DNA from: a virus
Lineage: Duplodnaviria > Caudoviricetes
Strand: one strand, 5' to 3'
DNA: 60,474 nt
IMG/VR virus record: IMGVR_UViG_3300008267_000327
Location: 1-60,474 of that record
Part shown: positions 30,728-39,941 of the stretch, piece after piece
Position numbering within the stretch: position 1 is the stretch's first letter
How the letters are laid out: each line of letters opens with the position of its first letter
Notes under the pieces: model-generated
Told to the model about the DNA's origin: nothing
Databases searched by the model: none
What the model saw: only the letters and a program-made list of their open reading frames with translations
Made by a program: the position numbers and the translations under genes

Positions 30728-32533
30728 ATGACTTATTTTGTTAAATTGACCGAAGGAAATTCATCAGGAAATTATAATATATACTATGATAGTATAACGC
30801 CTGGCACTTCAAACCTTATGACTTTAGTTGCAACAAATACGCCAGCAACTAACGTTACTTTGGGACAATTGTTACAAGGGGTTGAAGTAAGTTCGCCTGT
30901 GGTTCCTAATAAGGTTATTGTATATGGAATTGAGTGTGATGTGGCACTAAATTTAACTTTTACAAGTTCAACATTTGTAGTGATACCCCCAATATATTGT
31001 ATCACATATCTCACTGACACACAAAAAACATTACAACTCATACCTCAGACAACGTTGTATAACGGAGAAATACAGTGGGCGACAACTGATGGGACTAAAA
31101 ATCTGAGATGGAATCCATATTATAACGGAGGAAGAGGAAGATGGGAAATGATTGTGGATACGAATCTTATTCTTGTAAATGAACTTAAAACTAATGGACT
31201 ACCGGAAGGTAACTGGTTTTTTATTGGTTCTATTATTGGTAGTTCAGTTGACACCTTGAACAGAACTTTGGTTGTAAGTGAGGGAATTTGTGCACCCACA
31301 CAAACCTTCTCTTGTAGCCTTAAATCAACACCAAATAGTTGTTCAGGTTCAAAGACCTATGACGGAACTATAACTGTAACTGTTTTAGGTGGAACACCAC
31401 CGTATACATATGATAATGGTATATTAGAATCAACTTGGCCGGTTTTCAATTCCGTTGCACCGGGTGACTATATAATTGTAACAAAAGATTCGGAGGGTAA
31501 TGAAACAAGTTGCTCAACAACAGTTGGAGACGGAGATAAAAAAATAGATTTCACTGTTAGTCTGAACTATGTAACAAATGATGTATTCTCAAATTTTGAT
31601 ACTAAAACTAAGAGAACATCATTCGATTTATCAGTTCAACCCGCAATACCTGCGGGAACAACAATTACTGTAACTTTAAGTTTTACAGATATTAGAGCAG
31701 TGTCATCACCAGGGACAGGAACAGTTTCTAACACATTAGAAATTAGTAAAAATGGTGATGTAATTCCAATTACAAATATTGTAACGAGAGAAGTAAATAC
31801 ACCAAGAGATAATTGTAGTAACTATAATACTATCGAATCAATAGTATTGAGAGATGTAACATTTACACTCACAAGTGGAGATGTTTTGGAAGGGTCCATA
31901 ACTTCAACAGTTAATCTTACATCACCACAAGTTGATGTAACGAGCAATTGTGCGACAGAATTAAAAAATAATTTTTATATACAAAAATTGACTTTGACAA
32001 GTAATTGTAAATGTTGCACTGTAACCTCCGCAGAAGCGACGCCACTTCAAATTATGGATAATACAATTACCGCAACAGTAAAATCTAATCCGGGTGCGGT
32101 TCCAATCCAACTTGCATACAGTCAAGCGGATTGTGATACTGCATGTGAGGCAACAATTGCAACATATTACACTTCATGTTTTACTTTAGCACCTAATTGT
32201 GAATTGTTTACAGACACAACATTAACAACAAAAGCACCCATAGGATATTATTCTGATTATACTTATTGTCATTATTTCAATGGTGATGTTATTGTTGATA
32301 CGAGAACGTGTTCTTTTGGACCACCTACAGATACTATAAAATATTATAAAGCGGATGTGTTCAGATGTTCACCATTTAATTGCACGGTTCCTATCGATAA
32401 TATTATAGTCTCTGTAGACCCCAACTACACTTTGATTGCGAACTCATACTACAGAGATGTCGAATATTCGGATTTTGTATATGAAATTACACAAACAAGA
32501 GGTGTTACAGGACCTGCAACAAGAAATCTTTAG
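30728..32533 (+). CDS. fibre-like protein with a SprB repeat and module B
   Basis: DGTITVTVLGGTPPYTY; LFTDTTLTTKAPIGYYS. Confidence 0.7.
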   Translation: MTYFVKLTEGNSSGNYNIYYDSITPGTSNLMTLVATNTPATNVTLGQLLQGVEVSSPVVPNKVIVYGIECDVALNLTFTSSTFVVIPPIYCITYLTDTQKTLQLIPQTTLYNGEIQWATTDGTKNLRWNPYYNGGRGRWEMIVDTNLILVNELKTNGLPEGNWFFIGSIIGSSVDTLNRTLVVSEGICAPTQTFSCSLKSTPNSCSGSKTYDGTITVTVLGGTPPYTYDNGILESTWPVFNSVAPGDYIIVTKDSEGNETSCSTTVGDGDKKIDFTVSLNYVTNDVFSNFDTKTKRTSFDLSVQPAIPAGTTITVTLSFTDIRAVSSPGTGTVSNTLEISKNGDVIPITNIVTREVNTPRDNCSNYNTIESIVLRDVTFTLTSGDVLEGSITSTVNLTSPQVDVTSNCATELKNNFYIQKLTLTSNCKCCTVTSAEATPLQIMDNTITATVKSNPGAVPIQLAYSQADCDTACEATIATYYTSCFTLAPNCELFTDTTLTTKAPIGYYSDYTYCHYFNGDVIVDTRTCSFGPPTDTIKYYKADVFRCSPFNCTVPIDNIIVSVDPNYTLIANSYYRDVEYSDFVYEITQTRGVTGPATRNL

Positions 32534-32558
32534 CATAACACCACCATAATTGAAATAT

Positions 32559-33362
32559 ATGTCATCAATAATCAGAATAAATAACATAAATGGAACTCCA
32601 CCCTACGTAGTGTATGTATGTGACTTTTATGAAAATAATTGTCAGTATATTACAACCCTTAGTGGTGCTGTCACACCTCCGATTGATATAGTATTGACCA
32701 GTGGTTTTACAAGTGTTCCAATTGTGTTGATAAAAATTATTGATAACACCGGATGTGTAACGAAACATACACAAATTTGTGCTGATTTTCCTTCACCAAC
32801 ACCTACTGTTACAACAACACCAACTCAAACACCAACCTTTACACCAACTAACACTATTACACCTACACTAACACCATCCATAACACCTACAAATACAGAA
32901 ACACCAACTCAAACACCGACAGTATCGCCATCATCTCCTGGTTGTTGGTTGTATCAAGTATCAACAACAGAGGCGTTATTACAAGATTTCAGTTTCTTTG
33001 ATTGCGCTGGAAGTCTAAATAGCGGCTCTGTTGATAATACTTCACCTATTTATTTTTGTGCACAATATGGTTCTCCTTCCACAATTGGAAATGTGAATTT
33101 CACTTTGAGTGGGGATTGTCCTACTTACTACGTATACTCCTATGGTTATGATTTATCAAGTTGTCCTTGTGGTACACTAGTCACTAATTCATATTATAGT
33201 TATGATAATCCACTGACAGTTGGTTCCGTATTATATACAAGTATTTTTGGTGGGGCGTTGAACTATTTTGCCCCTGATGGTTATTACGCGGCGGAAATCG
33301 GGGACTGTATTGCAATTAGTGGAGGTGTTGGGGTAATTTCGAGTATAACTCCATGCCCATAA
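32559..33362 (+). CDS. module A + TP linker + module B protein
   Basis: INGTPPYVVYVCD..C..LIKIIDNTGC; TPT linker; APDGYY. Confidence 0.75.
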   Translation: MSSIIRINNINGTPPYVVYVCDFYENNCQYITTLSGAVTPPIDIVLTSGFTSVPIVLIKIIDNTGCVTKHTQICADFPSPTPTVTTTPTQTPTFTPTNTITPTLTPSITPTNTETPTQTPTVSPSSPGCWLYQVSTTEALLQDFSFFDCAGSLNSGSVDNTSPIYFCAQYGSPSTIGNVNFTLSGDCPTYYVYSYGYDLSSCPCGTLVTNSYYSYDNPLTVGSVLYTSIFGGALNYFAPDGYYAAEIGDCIAISGGVGVISSITPCP

Positions 33363-33434
33363 AATAAAATAAATTTAATAAATCAAAAATAACAATTTGT
33401 AAAAAATCTTTTAAATAAAAAACTATTTATATTT

Positions 33435-35526
33435 ATGTCTTACATTATTAAAAATACTTCAGGATTAGTTAACACAAGAGTGACCGACGTTGGAAGAAGA
33501 AGATTATCACAAGGAAGATTTGACATTGCTTACTTCCAAATTGGTGATAGTGAAGTTAATTATCAATTAATTGACACCAACAGAATTGTAAACAACAACA
33601 TTCTAACTCCGGCATTCAACTCACAAAATGATGTTGGAACCCCACAATCTAATAAACAAAATGTCAAATATCCGTATTATGTAAATGGAGGTAATGGAAA
33701 TACTTATGGTATTCCATACATGGAAAGTAATGTGGATTCCGTTTACAACTCTGCGGGTTCTAAAGGTTTTTTTAGTTCGACAACATACAACTTGTGCACA
33801 AACACCTAATTCACCGCAAGTAAATGATTTTGTTACATTATATTTAGATGGTATTGGTGATTGTCAAAATATCTCACCATCACCTATTCTTACATATAAA
33901 ATACAATCTATTACAACCGCAGGTTCTAATTACACTATTACATTAGACAGAAATGTTCCTGATTATTCAAATTTAGGTTTAAGTGGTGATTTCGCTAAAG
34001 CACATGTTTACCCGTCGGGAATGACACAATTATATGATACTATTACACCACAACCGTTTTGGCAGACAGATACTTTGAATTTTGAATCTCCATGTGATGT
34101 AATTAACCGTGAAAATACTTTGATTTGGAATATGAACATCCCTTGGACTGAAAGTCCTGCAGGTTTATTCAGTAATGTGTCAGAATCATATAAAGAATAC
34201 AATTCGTCAACATACATAGGAACTAAAGAACTTTTGGGGTATAATGAAAACTCAGGACAAACAGATACAGGAGAAGTGTTTTATTACAACTCTTTTGATG
34301 AAAAGATAAATTTATCACCAAGTGACCAAAAGGCGATTGCTATTATACATTATACAAACCAAGATATTGATTTTGTTTACGGGGAAAAATTTGCAACACA
34401 ACCTTTTGACCCAACCGACCCCACTAATACAACAGGATTGGCTAGAAACTTTATGTTAAGTTTACCAACTGTTATGTGGCACAAAACAACAGGAACAACA
34501 ATAGGGTTGAATTTGTTTATTGACCCACCTAACAGGAGTGACTTATTTGATGCAGGTCCATATTATATCAAATCAAAAGTTAATGATGATATGAATGACC
34601 CAGGAATTAGATATTATCATTTATGGGATGATAATGCGGATGAAAAAAATCAACTTAATAGAGTTGGTAAAGTGTTTCCGGACCAACAAATCATTATTAT
34701 AGATGATGAGGAATTGGTTGCTGCGATGTCTTATAAAGCCAATCGAAATTGGACTCTCCCGGCACCAAAACTTTCTTTGATAACACCAAATACTTGTTTT
34801 ACAAACAACCAAGTTGCGGAAGGTATTATGTCTTTACCAAATGAAAGAATGTGGGTTACTTACAGATTTGATTCTGATTATTTCACAGAATCACTTCATT
34901 GTAATTATTATTCATATATAGATGGACCAAGTAGTGCTTGCACACCAACAACACAAAATGTTGCGGTGAGATTTGGTTCTGAATTTCCATTTTTAGCTGA
35001 TGGCTCTTTGAGTGGTTTTTCTGCTAATGGTATGAAAATTTTATGTCAAAAAGTAATTGGTGGAGGTAGACCTAACCCAACACAATGGAAAATGATAGAT
35101 GTGACCAATCAACTCACATCAACCATGAGTAATGGATATATTACACTACAAGGTCTGACAGGAAGAACATTTGAGATTTCTTTGAGTGGATATAATAATG
35201 CAACATCTTATAATCTAAATAACTACATAACATTACCTGCTGCGAATGGACAATCTGATGTAATGAATTTTGGGGAAGAATATTATTTCTATGGTAATCT
35301 TCAAACAGATATCACAGCAACAATTTATCAGATGAGATATCTTGTCACACTAAATAGAAATCAATTCACGAACACTTCTAATCCTACATGGACTTCGGGA
35401 ACTACTTCATTTATTAATGAAATTGGACTTTATAATCAAGAAAAAGAGCTTATGATTGTATCTAAATTGCAATCACCACAAATTAGACAGGGGATTCAGC
35501 AATTTGTTGTTAAGCTAGATTTTTAA
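33435..35526 (+). pseudogene. tail-collar/baseplate fibre-attachment-like protein split into 33435-33809 and 33685-35526 by a +1 frame break near 33770-33790
   Basis: N-terminal TDVGRRRL..YFQIGDSE and C-terminal INEIGLY..SKL..VKLDF look like two ends of one domain family; TATTTATA precedes only the first ORF. Confidence 0.65.
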
Positions 35527-35529
35527 CAT

Positions 35530-36126
35530 ATGAAAAAAAACATATCAAAAGATTCACCCAAAATACTTGGGTTGGATGTATCGACAAAGACAACAGGTAT
35601 TTGCCTGTTCGATATTGAATCAAAAGAATTATTGGAGCTAACACACATATCTCCAAAGGTTAAAACTGAAAGTAAAATTGAAGAATTATTGCTCAAAGCG
35701 GCAGTTTTCAGAGAAAAAATACAAACTTATGTTGGGTTAGGAATAACTACAGTTGTTATCGAAGAACCACTCCTTAACTCAAACAATGTCTATACAGTAG
35801 GAACACTAATGCGTTATAATACTTTAATTTGTAAAGAAGTTTATGATGTATTGGGAATCGTTCCTGAATTTATCACCACATATAACTCCCGGAAATTCGC
35901 ATTTCCTCATCTTGTTAAACAGAATGACAAAGGTAAATTTGTCCTGTTTGGAGGATATCCAAAAGATATCGACAAAAAAGTAATTATTTGGGAACTCGTT
36001 GCAAAAAGAGAACCACAAATTCAATGGTTATATACAAAAAATAATACATTGAAAAAAGAAAATTATGATATGTCTGATAGCTACGCCTGTGCTCTTGGTT
36101 ATTTGAAGTCGAAAGAAATTTGGTAA
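35530..36126 (+). CDS. RuvC-like Holliday junction resolvase
   Basis: ILGLDVSTKTTG, VVIEEP, DMSDSY. Confidence 0.8.
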   Translation: MKKNISKDSPKILGLDVSTKTTGICLFDIESKELLELTHISPKVKTESKIEELLLKAAVFREKIQTYVGLGITTVVIEEPLLNSNNVYTVGTLMRYNTLICKEVYDVLGIVPEFITTYNSRKFAFPHLVKQNDKGKFVLFGGYPKDIDKKVIIWELVAKREPQIQWLYTKNNTLKKENYDMSDSYACALGYLKSKEIW

Positions 36127-36150
36127 TGTAAATCTCGTTTCATATCTTTG
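36119..36150 (+). promoter_or_regulatory. Bacteroidota-type -33/-7 promoter
   Basis: TTTG-N20-TATCTTTG; ATG 4 nt downstream. Confidence 0.8.
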
Positions 36151-36154
36151 TGGT

Positions 36155-36496
36155 ATGAAAGAATTAATTGATAAGTATAAAGAAGCTAAAGAGTATGCCG
36201 ATACTCTTTATAATCAGATATTAGATACCCCCGATGGGTTTTTATATGTAACTTGTCTGCGATGTTACGGTTCTATACGTTGGGAAACCCACCTAAATGA
36301 GTTTGTAACCCAAGACCTCTGTAATGAGTATTACGGAGACAACGGTATTGTTGAGGTTTATACAAATAACCCAAATAACAGTATCGAATCATATTGGGGT
36401 GTTAAGGTTATGACTGAAGAGGAAATTATTAATATGTCAAAAGAAAACATATCAATGACTAGTGCAATAACTAGTTGGATTACAAAAGGACTTTAA
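36155..36496 (+). CDS. hypothetical early protein
   Basis: 113-aa ORF directly after a promoter. Confidence 0.75.
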   Translation: MKELIDKYKEAKEYADTLYNQILDTPDGFLYVTCLRCYGSIRWETHLNEFVTQDLCNEYYGDNGIVEVYTNNPNNSIESYWGVKVMTEEEIINMSKENISMTSAITSWITKGL

Positions 36497-36502
36497 AATA
36501 AA

Positions 36503-36534
36503 TTTGGCAGTTTCAGAACTATTATATACCTTTA
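36503..36534 (+). promoter_or_regulatory. Bacteroidota-type promoter variant
   Basis: TTTG-N20-TACCTTTA; ATG 4 nt downstream. Confidence 0.7.
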
Positions 36535-36538
36535 CATT

Positions 36539-37000
36539 ATGAAACAACTACCATACATCCAAACATCTACCGCAATCATCGGTTATTCAGAGTCATTAAT
36601 TGCTAAAAACGAAAGTAACGACTGTTTTGTCAGGGCGGTTGCTTCGTCTTTTGACTGTCCTTATGACACCGCCCACGCATGGGTAAAAGAAAAATTTAAC
36701 AGAGAAGACAGAAAGGGAACAAAATGGGCCGTATGTAAAATGGCAACTATGTCATCTCACGGACAAACTTTTAACGAAAAATCAATAAAGGTTGTCAGTA
36801 ATCTATTAACAATAGATTCGAAGAAGAATAGGGTTAAAAGAACCACTCTTAATCAATTCATTAAAAAGTATCCAACAGGGACTTATATCTTGATTGTTAG
36901 GGGACATGCGTTTACATTAAAAGATGGTTCGGTCATTGGAAATACTAGTGATGCTAAATCACTCAAAAAAATTGTTCATGACGCTTTTGAAATAAAATAA
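36539..37000 (+). CDS. hypothetical protein with NDCxxRA...H (possible Cys-His hydrolase fold)
   Basis: ESNDCFVRAVA and VRGHAF. Confidence 0.6.
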   Translation: MKQLPYIQTSTAIIGYSESLIAKNESNDCFVRAVASSFDCPYDTAHAWVKEKFNREDRKGTKWAVCKMATMSSHGQTFNEKSIKVVSNLLTIDSKKNRVKRTTLNQFIKKYPTGTYILIVRGHAFTLKDGSVIGNTSDAKSLKKIVHDAFEIK

Positions 37001-37893
37001 TGATGCAAGAAGAAACTCAAATTGTATTAGAACTTATCGAGGAAGTTCTCGGGGAACCAAAAAAGTCCTATGAAAGCAAACTGCAATTCGGATACAACTG
37101 TTGTGAGTGTGATGAAGGTAGAGGTAAAGGTAATTTAGAAATAAACTTGGAGAAACACGTTTATCATTGTTGGTCCTGTGGAATATCAGGACCACTTGGT
37201 AAATTATTTGATGAATATGGTAATAAGAAGTTAAAGAAAACTTATCTACTAATCCGACCCGACGAGTTCAAAATACAGGAGAAGAAAAAAAATCAACTTA
37301 AACCACCATCCGGGTTTGTTAAAGTCACCGAGGCAACACCTGTTTATCCACCACATAAAGAGGCGTTCAATTATCTTAAAAGTAGGGGAATAACTGATGA
37401 GATTTGTGAGAAGTATAATATTGGTTTAACAACCACCGGTGATTATCAGGGAAGGATTATTATACCATCATATAACAATGAGGGGGAACTAAATTACTTT
37501 ATTGCGAGGTCTTGGAACCCAAAAGCCCGAATGAAGTATAAGAACCCACCTTGTGAGAAAGACCAGATTATCTTCAACGAGAACCGGATAGATTGGGAAC
37601 AGGATATATTCTTATGTGAGGGGGTGTTTGATTCCATATTCTTACCAAACTCAATACCGATGCTTGGTAAGTTTATGTCTGATTTATTGTTTACAACTTT
37701 ATACGAGAAAGCAAAAGGTAATATCACTATATGTCTCGACAGTGATGCTTGGGAGAACAGTTTATCATTATATCACACCTTAAATGGTGGGGTATTATAC
37801 AATAGAATTAAGTTAATCAAATTACCCGGAGATAGTGATATTGCTGATTTGAGGGGAGAAATTAAAGAAGAATATTATTTTAACATTTTATGA
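37000..37893 (+). CDS. dnaG: DNA primase (zinc finger + TOPRIM)
   Basis: CCEC..HCWSC, YLKSRGI, GRIIIP, KYKNP, CEGVFD, LDSDA. Confidence 0.9.
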   Translation: MMQEETQIVLELIEEVLGEPKKSYESKLQFGYNCCECDEGRGKGNLEINLEKHVYHCWSCGISGPLGKLFDEYGNKKLKKTYLLIRPDEFKIQEKKKNQLKPPSGFVKVTEATPVYPPHKEAFNYLKSRGITDEICEKYNIGLTTTGDYQGRIIIPSYNNEGELNYFIARSWNPKARMKYKNPPCEKDQIIFNENRIDWEQDIFLCEGVFDSIFLPNSIPMLGKFMSDLLFTTLYEKAKGNITICLDSDAWENSLSLYHTLNGGVLYNRIKLIKLPGDSDIADLRGEIKEEYYFNIL

Positions 37894-38246
37894 AAATAGG
37901 AATTATTGGAAGTAGAACATTTAATAACTATGAACTTCTTAAAGAGGTCATGTCCGACTACATTTATCAAGGGTCTTTACTTGACTGTGAACTTGTTGTA
38001 AGTGGTGGTGCAAATGGTGCGGACAAACTTGGTGAGAAGTGGGCCAAGGAAAATGGGATTCCCACTCTCATATTCAAACCGGATTGGAATAAGTATGGTA
38101 AATCTGCCGGTTTTATAAGGAATGAAGATATTATAAAAAATTCTGATTTTGTAGTTGTATTTTGGGACGAAGTCTCGAAAGGGACTAAAAGTTCCATAGA
38201 TTTAGCAATAAAACACGATATTCCTGTGAGAATTGTTACTTTTTAG
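37890..38246 (+). CDS. SLOG-superfamily (DUF2493/YspA-like) protein
   Basis: IGIIGSRTF, VSGGANGAD, AGFIRN, FWD..SKGT. Confidence 0.8.
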   Translation: MKIGIIGSRTFNNYELLKEVMSDYIYQGSLLDCELVVSGGANGADKLGEKWAKENGIPTLIFKPDWNKYGKSAGFIRNEDIIKNSDFVVVFWDEVSKGTKSSIDLAIKHDIPVRIVTF

Positions 38247-38294
38247 TTCGTTTTTTAGATATTTTCTAAATCTTGTAGATAAGAAAAAAAAACT

Positions 38295-38325
38295 TTTGGT
38301 GGTAACCAAAAAGGTCATATCTTTG
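38295..38325 (+). promoter_or_regulatory. Bacteroidota-type -33/-7 promoter
   Basis: TTTG-N19-TATCTTTG. Confidence 0.8.
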
Positions 38326-38346
38326 TGTTCTAAATCAATTAAGGGT

Positions 38347-38580
38347 ATGAAGAACAACAATATCAAAGTAGGGGATTTCGTTAAAGCGATGTTCAATGGT
38401 TCACCGGTTCGAGGTGTTGTGACAGATATTAAAAAGGGTGTAATAGTAATTGAAAAGTATCAAGGAACGGGTCATTGGGACGTTACAACGGGTTACACTA
38501 CTTACACAGGAACTAATACCTTCTTGAATATAAGAAAAATTGATAGTATCGAAAAAATAAATTTGGCGGTTCAAAAATAA
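38347..38580 (+). CDS. small hypothetical protein (SH3/KOW-like start)
   Basis: MKNNNIKVGDFVK; start moved to the ATG downstream of the promoter. Confidence 0.7.
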   Translation: MKNNNIKVGDFVKAMFNGSPVRGVVTDIKKGVIVIEKYQGTGHWDVTTGYTTYTGTNTFLNIRKIDSIEKINLAVQK

Positions 38581-38593
38581 CATCTTACTTTTA
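38562..38593 (+). promoter_or_regulatory. Bacteroidota-type promoter variant
   Basis: TTTG-N20-TACTTTTA followed by TTCTAAATCAAT, which also follows the previous promoter. Confidence 0.7.
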
Positions 38594-38613
38594 CATTCTA
38601 AATCAATAAAACA

Positions 38614-39081
38614 ATGACAACAACTACCACAACTCCGACAACCTCAGTAATCAAATTGACAAAAAACCCGGTATTAGCGGGAGACGTATTTTACGGAAAC
38701 ATCGAACTTACAATCAAGGATAAATCACATAATGTGATTGTATCAAACCATATGAAAGAGGATAAAAAATATGAGTTCCGTTTGGCAACAAAGTGTCAAG
38801 CAGGATTCATCTCAATTTCTGATTATACTGATACACCAAAAGGTGTGATTACTAGTTGGAAAAAAGGTGCTCTTGTTAACATTCAGGTTAAGAATGAGTA
38901 TGGAACTTGGAGTAATGTTTATACTGTAAAAACCGGTAAGTGGCATTCAATTGACAAGTCATTTTTGGATGTGTTGACTGTAGGTGATATGAGACAATCA
39001 TTTCCTGACATGTGTGATGATAATTTGTGGAAAAAGTTAGGTGCTAAAACTTGGGCGGACAAAGCGTTCGTTCAGAACTAA
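38614..39081 (+). CDS. hypothetical early protein
   Basis: 155-aa ORF after a promoter. Confidence 0.75.
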   Translation: MTTTTTTPTTSVIKLTKNPVLAGDVFYGNIELTIKDKSHNVIVSNHMKEDKKYEFRLATKCQAGFISISDYTDTPKGVITSWKKGALVNIQVKNEYGTWSNVYTVKTGKWHSIDKSFLDVLTVGDMRQSFPDMCDDNLWKKLGAKTWADKAFVQN

Positions 39082-39084
39082 AAA

Positions 39085-39220
39085 ACTAGTCCGCAGGCCA
39101 CGGAATCGAAACACGGAGAACGCCTCTCAGAATAGAGTTCACTCTTGCACAGGCACACTACCTCCCCGAATCGTTTGTCGGCAAAGTTGGCAACTCTTAT
39201 ATGAGGTTCAAAAGTTGCAA
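39085..39220 (+). ncRNA. candidate structured RNA, unidentified
   Basis: GC-richer intergenic stretch with several short stems (GAGA/TCTC, AGAG/CTCT, CCGA/TCGG, GCAACT/AGTTGC). Confidence 0.4.
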
Positions 39221-39222
39221 AT

Positions 39223-39308
39223 AGTCAGGTGGCGGAATGGAAGACGCTATACTTAAGCAGTTGAAGCTGGGTAATTCAACAATACAGGTTCAAATCCTGT
39301 CCTGACTA
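39223..39308 (+). tRNA. tRNA-like element (Leu-type scaffold, degenerate anticodon arm)
   Basis: acceptor stem AGTCAGG/CCTGACT + A; D-arm GCG-GAATGGAAGA-CGC; T-arm ACAGG-TTCAAAT-CCTGT; extra stem GTTGAA/TTCAAC; no 5-bp anticodon stem; no encoded CCA. Confidence 0.7.
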
Positions 39309-39323
39309 CTAAAATTTTTTATT

Positions 39324-39605
39324 ATGACATTTTTTATCAAGTTTATTTTGGTTATGGTTGCCATGATTTTGGCTGACGTTTGTTGGACTATGTATTTCAT
39401 AGAGACAGAAAAGAGAAGGTCAGTACCAGCTGGATTGTGGGGCGCAGCAATTCTACTATTTGGTTCTTTGGTAACGATGAACTATGTAGATGACCACCGG
39501 TTATTAGGTGCTGCGGTTATTGGCTCATTTATTGGTGTTTACATTACAATCGAATGGAAAAAGAAAAAAGAAAAAAATAAGGATAGTGTTTCAAAAGTTT
39601 ATTAA
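39324..39605 (+). CDS. small membrane protein (about three TM segments)
   Basis: three hydrophobic stretches and a basic tail. Confidence 0.75.
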   Translation: MTFFIKFILVMVAMILADVCWTMYFIETEKRRSVPAGLWGAAILLFGSLVTMNYVDDHRLLGAAVIGSFIGVYITIEWKKKKEKNKDSVSKVY

Positions 39606-39906
39606 AGTTAAATTGAGTGAAATAGAAAAACCTCGAAATCTTAGTTGGAGTAAAAGACAATTACGACTCGAAAAAGAACTACTCTCAAAACCTTTGAAAT
39701 ATCCTCTGATAATTTCAAAAGACATGAAATTGTTGGACGGTAATCATAGATACCAAAGTTTATTAAATAATTTTGGAGAAGAATATGAGATAGTTGTTAG
39801 AAAGATTTCAATAACCAAAAGAGTTTATAACCTTTTGGTTTTTCTGTTTTCTCCAATTCTAATACCGGTTGGAGTATTTTATTTTTGTAAGTCAATTTTC
39901 AATTAA
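39586..39906 (+). CDS. ParB/Srx N-terminal-like domain with C-terminal TM
   Basis: PLII..LLDGNHRY; probable GTG start at 39586. Confidence 0.6.
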   Translation: MFQKFIKVKLSEIEKPRNLSWSKRQLRLEKELLSKPLKYPLIISKDMKLLDGNHRYQSLLNNFGEEYEIVVRKISITKRVYNLLVFLFSPILIPVGVFYFCKSIFN

Positions 39907-39941
39907 AGACTCTTTTATTGTATTTATATAAAAAAAGTTTG

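Noticed and set aside
39146-39195. HDV-like/theta ribozyme, suggested by CCTCCCCG next to a tRNA
   Set aside because: No consistent P1/P2/P3 could be built, and described theta ribozymes lie 3' of tRNAs, not 5'
39041-39256. 71-aa + strand ORF
   Set aside because: Overlaps the upstream gene and the tRNA-like element, and has atypical Arg-rich composition
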